A stretch of DNA of 64,000 bases from an uncultured Alphaproteobacteria bacterium. Lineage in GTDB: Bacteria > Pseudomonadota > Alphaproteobacteria > Acetobacterales > Acetobacteraceae. This document shows positions 57,950 to 64,000 of this stretch, one piece after another. Each line of letters starts with the position of its first letter. Position 1 is the stretch's first letter. Made by a program: the position numbers and the translations under genes. A model generated the notes under the pieces. The model made no database searches, had not been told where the DNA came from, and saw only the letters and a list, made by a program, of their open reading frames with translations. The DNA is taken from contig CAVQTW010000028.1 of NCBI GenBank assembly GCA_963716705.1, positions 3,047 through 67,046 on the forward strand, in the 5' to 3' direction.

Positions 57950-59581
57950 ATGATCCGTCTCGACAACATCAGCAAGCAGAACGGCCACCAGATCCTCTTC
58001 ATCGAGGCCTCGGCGGCGCTCCAGAAGGGCGAGAAGGTCGGCCTCGTCGGCCCCAACGGCGCCGGCAAGACGACGCTGTTCCGGATGATCACCGGCCAGG
58101 AGCAGCCCGACGAGGGCCAGGTGTCGGTCGATCGCGGCATCACCATCGGCTACTTCAGCCAGGACGTCGGCGAGATGTCGGGCCGCAGCGCCGTGGCCGA
58201 GGTGATGGACGGCGCCGGCCCGGTCAGCGCGGTGGCCGCCGAGCTGAAGGAGCTCGAGGCCGCGATGGCCGATCCCGGACCGCGCCGACGAGATGGACGA
58301 GCATCATCGAGCGCTACGGCGAGGTGCAGGCGCCGCTTCGAGGAACTCGACGGCTATGCGCTGGAGGGCCGCGCGCGCGAGGTGCTGGCCGGCCTCGAGC
58401 TTCAGCCAGGAGATGATGGACGGCGATGTCGGCGCGCTGTCGGGCGGCTGGAAGATGCGCGTGGCGCTGGCCCGCATCCTGCTGATGCGGCCCGACGCGA
58501 TGCTGCTCGACGAGCCGAGCAACCATCTCGATCTCGAAAGCCTGATCTGGCTGGAGCAGCTTCCTCAAGGGCTATGACGGCGCGCTGCTGATGACCTCGC
58601 ACGACCGCGAGTTCATGAACCGCATCGTCAACAAGATCGTCGAGATCGACGGCGGCACGCTGACCACCTATTCCGGCAACTACGAGTTCTACGAGCAGCA
58701 GCGCGCGCTGAACGAGAAGCAGCAGCAGGCGCAGTTCGAGCGCCAGCAGGCGATGCTGGCCAAGGAGATCAAGTTCATCGAGCGCTTCAAGGCGCGCGCC
58801 TCGCACGCCGCGCAGGTGCAGAGCCGGGTCAAGAAGCTGGACAAGATCGACCGGGTCGAGCCGCCGCAAGCGCCGCCAGACGGTGGCGTTCGACTTCCCG
58901 CCGGCGCCGCGCTCGGGCGAGGACGTGGTCAGCCTGAAGAACGTGCACAAGGGCTATGGCAGCCGCAGCATCTACGACGGGCTCGACTTCCAGGTGCGCC
59001 GCAAGGAGCGCTGGTGCGTGCATGGGCGTCAACGGCGCCGGCAAGTCGACGCTGCTGAAGCTGGTGGCCGGCTCGACGCGAGCCGGACGACGGCACGGTC
59101 GCGCTCGGCGGCAGCGTCAAGATGGGCTACTTCGCGCAGCACGCCATGGATCTGCTCGACGGCGAGCGCACGGTGTTCCAGTCGCTGGAGGATTCGTTCC
59201 CGCAGGCCGGGCAGGGCTCGCTGCGCGCGCTGGCCGGCTGCTTCGGCTTCTCCGGCGACGACGTCGAGAAGAAGTGCCGCGTGCTGTCGGGCGGCGAGAA
59301 GGCGCGGCTGGTGATGGCGAAGATGCTGTTCGACCCGCCGAACTTCCTGGTGCTCGACGAGCCGACCAACCATCTCGACATGGCGACCAAGGAGATGCTG
59401 ATCACGGCGCTGTCGCGAGTACGAGGGCACCATGCTGTTCGTCTCGCACGACCGGCATTTCCTGGCCGCGCTGTCCAACCGCGTGCTGGAACTGACGCCG
59501 GACGGCATCCACCAGTATGGCGGCGGCTACACCGAATATGTCGCGCGCACCGGCCAGGAGGCGCCGGGCCTGCGCAGCTGA
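57950..59581 (+). CDS. ABC-F family ATP-binding protein, frameshifted
   Basis: Two ABC domains without TM segments: [50 protein letters not shown]. Confidence 0.9.
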
Positions 59582-59614
59582 ACCGGGACGTGCGGCGCGC
59601 GGGTGTGAAGCAGG

Positions 59615-59985
59615 CCCCGCATATGGCGGCATCGTATGGGCGAGCGCAGCCCGGACCACCCGGTGCAGCGCAACCGCTACCGGCAGCGGGACTGGAAAAC
59701 TGGCGCCGACGCGGTGGAACTGCGGATCCTGAAGCTTCGGAAGTGCTCCCACTTCCCAGCCTTCCAGGCGCGCGGCCCATCGCCGAATAGGCGCTCGTGG
59801 CCGTGGTCCAGGACGTCAATCCGCACGGCATCCTGACGTGGGCACTGGACGACCTTGCGCAGACGGCGGGCATCTCCTGGGTTGGCAAGACAGGAGGTAG
59901 CAAGAGACAGGCAAGCCGGCCCCGCACCGGACCTGACGAACGGATCCCTCAAGCCATGCTCCCCGAGCATGAATGGCCCATCATG
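59615..59985 (+). mobile_element. Degraded IS256-family transposase remnant
   Basis: ASYGERSPDHPVQRNRYRQRDWKTGADAVELRILKLRKCSHFP, then in another frame AVVQD...GI.T...DDL....G...SK..ASR...DER...EWP. This tracks the IS256 N-terminal pattern (ERS...RNGYR.R.W.TR.G.VEL.IPKLR.GSYFP...GISTR.VDDL) as recalled from family knowledge. Confidence 0.75.
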
Positions 59986-60724
59986 GCGCGGCGATGCGCC
60001 GGGGCGCCTGCACAGGGGCATCGGCGACGATCCGGCCATCCACCACCTCGATGATGCGGTCGCAGCGCTGTGCCAGCCGCGGATCATGCGTGACGATCAG
60101 GAAGGTGGTGCGGCTCGTCCGGTTCATATCCCGCAGCAGATCAAAGACGCCATCGGCGGATCTCGTATCCAGATTGCCGGTCGGCTCGTCCGCCAACACC
60201 AGCGCCGGGGACATGGCGAGCGCGCGCGCGATGGCGACACGCTGCTGCTGACCACCTGAGAGGTTGCCGACGCGACTATCCTTCCAGCGCAGCAGACCCA
60301 CCCTGTCGAGCAGGCCCTCGGCGCTGCGGCGCATCGCCGCATCAGGCCTGTTGCGATCGAGCAGTAGCGGCATCATGACGTTCTCGGCCGCTGTGAATGC
60401 GCCGATCAGGTGATGGTGCTGGAACACGAAGCCGATGCTGCGGCCGCGCAACCGGGTAAGCATCGCGTCGTCCATGCTGCACGTGTCATGCCCCTCGATG
60501 AAGAGCCTTCCTGCCGTCGGGCGGTCGAGCAGGCCGATCAGGTTGAGCATCGTACTCTTGCCCGACCCGGACGGGCCGATGAGCGCGCAGAACTCTCCAC
60601 GCTGCAGGACCAGGTCGATGCCATGCAGCACTTCAACCTCGCGCGGCGAGCCGACAGCGAACGACTTGCGCACACCCTCGAGGTACAGGACCTCCGGTCG
60701 CGATGACGCGGGGGCGTCAGCCAC
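59981..60724 (-). CDS. ABC transporter ATP-binding protein (MacB/LolD type)
   Basis: [38 protein letters not shown]. Confidence 0.92.
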   Translation of the reverse strand: MADAPASSRPEVLYLEGVRKSFAVGSPREVEVLHGIDLVLQRGEFCALIGPSGSGKSTMLNLIGLLDRPTAGRLFIEGHDTCSMDDAMLTRLRGRSIGFVFQHHHLIGAFTAAENVMMPLLLDRNRPDAAMRRSAEGLLDRVGLLRWKDSRVGNLSGGQQQRVAIARALAMSPALVLADEPTGNLDTRSADGVFDLLRDMNRTSRTTFLIVTHDPRLAQRCDRIIEVVDGRIVADAPVQAPRRIAAP

Positions 60725-61943
60725 GGATCGCCACCACCGGGTCGAGCCGCGCCGCGCGCAGCGCCGGCGCCATGGCGGCGAGTACGCCGGTCAGCGCCGC
60801 AACCACGGCCGCGACCACGAAAAGCCTCGGTTGGATCATCAGGGGAAACAGCGGGCTCCCGTCGGCCTGCCGGACCGAGGCATGCCACGCCACCAGCGCC
60901 GCGACGCCGGCGGCCGACCCGATCAGCGACCCCAGCAGTCCGAGCACGCCGCCTTGGATCAGGAAGACGCGAAGGATCTGGCCACGTCTCGCACCCATTG
61001 CGCGCAGGATGCCGATCTCGCGCGAGCGCTGCACCACCGAAACCACCAGCACGCTCGCAATCCCGAGTGCGACCGACAGGCCAACCGAAAGCCGGATCAC
61101 CGTGTTCGAGGTCTGCTGCGCATTGACCGCGGTGAAGAACTGGGTGTTCGTCCTGATCCAACTGTCGGCACGGATGCCGGTCATCCCATGCGCCAGCTGG
61201 GCCAGGATCTCCGCCGCATAGGGGTCATGCAGGGTGACCTGCACGCTTGTCACCCCGCCGGTGAGGCCGAGCAGGCTCTGCGCCGTGCGCAGGGCAACGA
61301 AGGTGCTTCGCTCGTTCACGCCGCGGTTGCCGAGGTCAAAGATGCCGGTGACCGTGAGCGTCGCGTCCCGTCCCGTGGCGGTGGTGACCCTCAGCTTGTC
61401 GCCGAGGCCCACGCCGAGTTCGACCGCCAGGTCGGTACCGATGACGATGTCCTCGCTGGTCAGCCGCGGCTGGCCGGCAACGATGCTGTCCGGCAGCTTC
61501 ACGATACGGAAATAGCCCTCCGGCTCCACGCCCGTCAGCGTGATCGAGCGGCTCGCCTCGCCGCGCACGGCGAGCGCGCCGCCGGCGGCGACCGGTGTCG
61601 CCACGGCGACCTCCGGCATCTGCTGCATCTGTCGCAGCAACGTCTGCCATTGGTCGATGGATCGGATCCGCTGCGACGGGCGCTGCACCACCGCGTCCTG
61701 AATGACGCCTTCCGCGGCCCGCAGCGGCCGCGCGACCTCGTCCGGCGAGAGCAGGACAAGATGGGCCTGGGCGCTCAGCACGCGATTGAGGAAGTTTGCC
61801 TGGATGCCGGTCAGCAGCGCCGACATGAACACGATGACAGCGACACCCATGGAGACGCCGGCAAGGATGAAGATTGTCTGCATCCAGCCATCACGCAGAA
61901 ACCGCATGGCGGCGATCCACTCGAAGGGCAACCAGCTTGTCAC
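60717..61943 (-). CDS. FtsX-like / MacB-LolE type ABC permease
   Basis: [36 protein letters not shown]; GTG start at 61943. Confidence 0.9.
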   Translation of the reverse strand: MTSWLPFEWIAAMRFLRDGWMQTIFILAGVSMGVAVIVFMSALLTGIQANFLNRVLSAQAHLVLLSPDEVARPLRAAEGVIQDAVVQRPSQRIRSIDQWQTLLRQMQQMPEVAVATPVAAGGALAVRGEASRSITLTGVEPEGYFRIVKLPDSIVAGQPRLTSEDIVIGTDLAVELGVGLGDKLRVTTATGRDATLTVTGIFDLGNRGVNERSTFVALRTAQSLLGLTGGVTSVQVTLHDPYAAEILAQLAHGMTGIRADSWIRTNTQFFTAVNAQQTSNTVIRLSVGLSVALGIASVLVVSVVQRSREIGILRAMGARRGQILRVFLIQGGVLGLLGSLIGSAAGVAALVAWHASVRQADGSPLFPLMIQPRLFVVAAVVAALTGVLAAMAPALRAARLDPVVAIRG

Positions 61944-63307
61944 CGGGCCGCCAGGGGGCGGACCCGCCCGCCGTCGGGGACCGTGACGCTGGCGGGCACC
62001 ACGAGATCGCCTTCGCGCAGCCCTTCCAGGATCTCGACGCGCTGTGCGCCGCGCAGGCCGATCCGCACCGGTTGGCGCTGTGCCCGTCCGTTCTCGATGC
62101 GCAGTACCCAGGGGGCGGCGCCCGCGGCGTCGTGCACGGCCGATACCGGCAGGACGAGCGTATCCGCGCGTTCCGCGACGGCGATATCCACGGACACCGT
62201 CATGTCCTGGCGCAGGTACTCCGGCGGTGCGGGCACGCGCAGCTTCACCTCGACCGAGGCCCTGACAGGATCGACGGCCGGGTTGATGTAGGCGAGCTCC
62301 GCAGCGAAGCGCCGGTCCGGATAGGCATCCGCGGAGGCTACCGCCCGCTGGCCGACGGCAATGAGGCCGAGGTTCTTCTCGTCGATCTGCACCACGATTT
62401 CGATCTGCCCGGATGGCGAGAGCACCATCAGAACCTGGCTCGGCTGCACGACCCAGCCGCGCTCCACGTTCTGGGCAATGAGAGTGCCGTCCTGCAACGC
62501 CCGTATCCGCGTGTAGCCGAGACGAGACAGTGCCACGAGCAGGCTCGCGCGCGCCTGGCGCAATGCGGCTTCCGCCGCCACGTGTTCGGTTCCGCCCGGG
62601 ACATTGCCGGCAACCTGGGCCTGTGCGGCCCGAACCTGCGCCTGCGCGACACTGAGGGTGCGTCGCGCATTGTCGAGTTGGACCTGCGTCTCGAAGCCAC
62701 CCGAGCGCAGGCTTTCCGCACGGGCGTACTGCTGCTGCGCGTTGAGGAGGTTCGACTGCGCCTGGCTCAGGTTTTCCTGCGCCACGGGCAGCGTCACTTC
62801 GATGATCTGCCTCAGGCGCGCCGCGGTCTGGGCCACGGCGGCTTCCGCCTGTTCCACGCTCGCGCGCAGTTCGCTGTCCTCGAGCGTCACAAGGACCTGG
62901 CCCACCGCTACCGCCTGGCCTTCCGTGACGGGAACCGATGCGACGGTTCCGGTGATCTGGCTGCCGATATTCACCCTGTGCGGTGTTTCGATACGGCCAC
63001 TCGCCACCACGCTCTGCACCAGCGCGCCGCGCTGCACGAGCTGCGCCGGGACGTTCGGTCCGAGCAGCCAGGGGGTCGCAATGTAGAGCGCCATGCCGAT
63101 GAGCATGAGCGCACCAAGAGCACGCCAGCGCCAACGCCAGAGGTTGCCGCCCATGGCCCTCATGAGGATAAGCGGGGCACTCCCGGCAGCCGCCGGTGGT
63201 TCCGCCACGCGCTCCAGCGTCACAGGCAGCCCTGTCCCATCGACCTGCGCGACCGGCAGAAGGCGCGGGTCGGGGTCATTGCGCACGGGCGGGGGGTCGG
63301 ACGGCAT
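61940..63307 (-). CDS. Periplasmic adaptor (MacA-like membrane fusion protein); start uncertain
   Basis: TM anchor, VVASGRI, lipoyl-like VTEGQAV, coiled coil, LRQDMTVSV, EILEGLREGD. Confidence 0.88.
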   Translation of the reverse strand: MPSDPPPVRNDPDPRLLPVAQVDGTGLPVTLERVAEPPAAAGSAPLILMRAMGGNLWRWRWRALGALMLIGMALYIATPWLLGPNVPAQLVQRGALVQSVVASGRIETPHRVNIGSQITGTVASVPVTEGQAVAVGQVLVTLEDSELRASVEQAEAAVAQTAARLRQIIEVTLPVAQENLSQAQSNLLNAQQQYARAESLRSGGFETQVQLDNARRTLSVAQAQVRAAQAQVAGNVPGGTEHVAAEAALRQARASLLVALSRLGYTRIRALQDGTLIAQNVERGWVVQPSQVLMVLSPSGQIEIVVQIDEKNLGLIAVGQRAVASADAYPDRRFAAELAYINPAVDPVRASVEVKLRVPAPPEYLRQDMTVSVDIAVAERADTLVLPVSAVHDAAGAAPWVLRIENGRAQRQPVRIGLRGAQRVEILEGLREGDLVVPASVTVPDGGRVRPLAAR

Positions 63308-63499
63308 GGCGGAGTGATCGTGTCCTTGTCGGGTCAGGTCCGCGCTCGCGGTCGAGGCGACGCTGCGGCGAGAGGTCGGCATGCATGACATGCCCCGGGT
63401 TCGTCAGCGGCTCCACGTCCCGAGAAGCCGGCGCCTGCGCCGCACACGCGGCGGTTCACCATAAGGCCGATGTCGCCGATACCGCCATCGTCTGAACGA

Positions 63500-64000
63500 T
63501 CATTCCGGGTGGGTGCGGGTGATCTTGGACCCGTTGATGGAAAGGGATGCCATCAACCGCTGCTGGCTGAAGCTGATCGCATAGACCGGTTCGGTCAGTG
63601 TGGTTGAAGTGATGTTCGCTTGCAGGCCCTGGTCGACCGCCACGACCATCGGGCCGGTTCCGATCTCCCAGCCACTCGCGGCATCAATTGCGGCGCGCGC
63701 TTCATCCGTCATGAAGAACATGGCAAGCCCGGCGACCTGTGCGCCGATCGTGAAGCCGAAGGATGCGCCGGCAATATTGTAGTAGCCGAGCGTGCGTTCG
63801 CCCGCGATCAGTGCACCCTGGCCGTACTGGCCTCCGACGATGAAGCCGCCGCTGAGGATGCGCGGGAAGATGAGGACGGACTTGGCTCCGGCGAAAAGGG
63901 GCCGGGTATTCGCCTGCGCGCGAAGGATACGCAGCGCGTTCGCCACCTCGCCATCGATCTCGGCACGCGTGGCAGCCTGGGCAGTGCGCGGCGCGACGGT
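63500..64000 (-). CDS. Ysc84/SYLF lipid-binding domain protein (5' end outside the window)
   Basis: AKSVLIFP....GFIVGGQYGQG, GASFGFTIGAQ, LMASLSINGSKIT. Confidence 0.8.
   Translation of the reverse strand, partial: TVAPRTAQAATRAEIDGEVANALRILRAQANTRPLFAGAKSVLIFPRILSGGFIVGGQYGQGALIAGERTLGYYNIAGASFGFTIGAQVAGLAMFFMTDEARAAIDAASGWEIGTGPMVVAVDQGLQANITSTTLTEPVYAISFSQQRLMASLSINGSKITRTHPE

Overview
Very GC-rich alphaproteobacterial chromosomal segment. The gene repertoire suggests Acetobacteraceae/Roseomonas-like, which is an inference only. In order, it contains: a flagellin 5' part; a two-domain cold-shock protein with a repetitive Arg/Gly/Phe linker; a DadA/DsbA/AtzH-like cluster; an orphan M15A peptidase; form II coxSLM; an Opp/Dpp ABC transporter fed by five tandem Tat-signal solute-binding paralogues; ALDH and HIBADH; GtrA/GT2; a type I secretion PrtDE pair; an intradiol dioxygenase-TctC-FAH-GntR module; galE; mepA/ycbK/ycbB; an HcnABC/opine-oxidase-like trio; a decayed scar region; a class III aminotransferase and two divergent hydantoinase/oxoprolinase AB pairs; a translationally coupled queuosine operon (queA-tgt-queF-queG-X-queC-VUT); an ABC-F gene; an IS256 remnant; a MacAB-like exporter; and a Ysc84/SYLF protein. 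The best novelty candidate is gene X, a small HNH-like zinc-finger protein lacking the catalytic His, embedded by ATGA overlaps in the queuosine operon. Several blocks (about 4.8-14.4 kb, 46.4-56 kb and 58-59.6 kb) are densely frameshifted, most likely from sequencing or polishing errors, so coordinates there are approximate. No rRNA, tRNA or CRISPR array was recognised. All family calls come from motif recognition by eye; no database searches were run.
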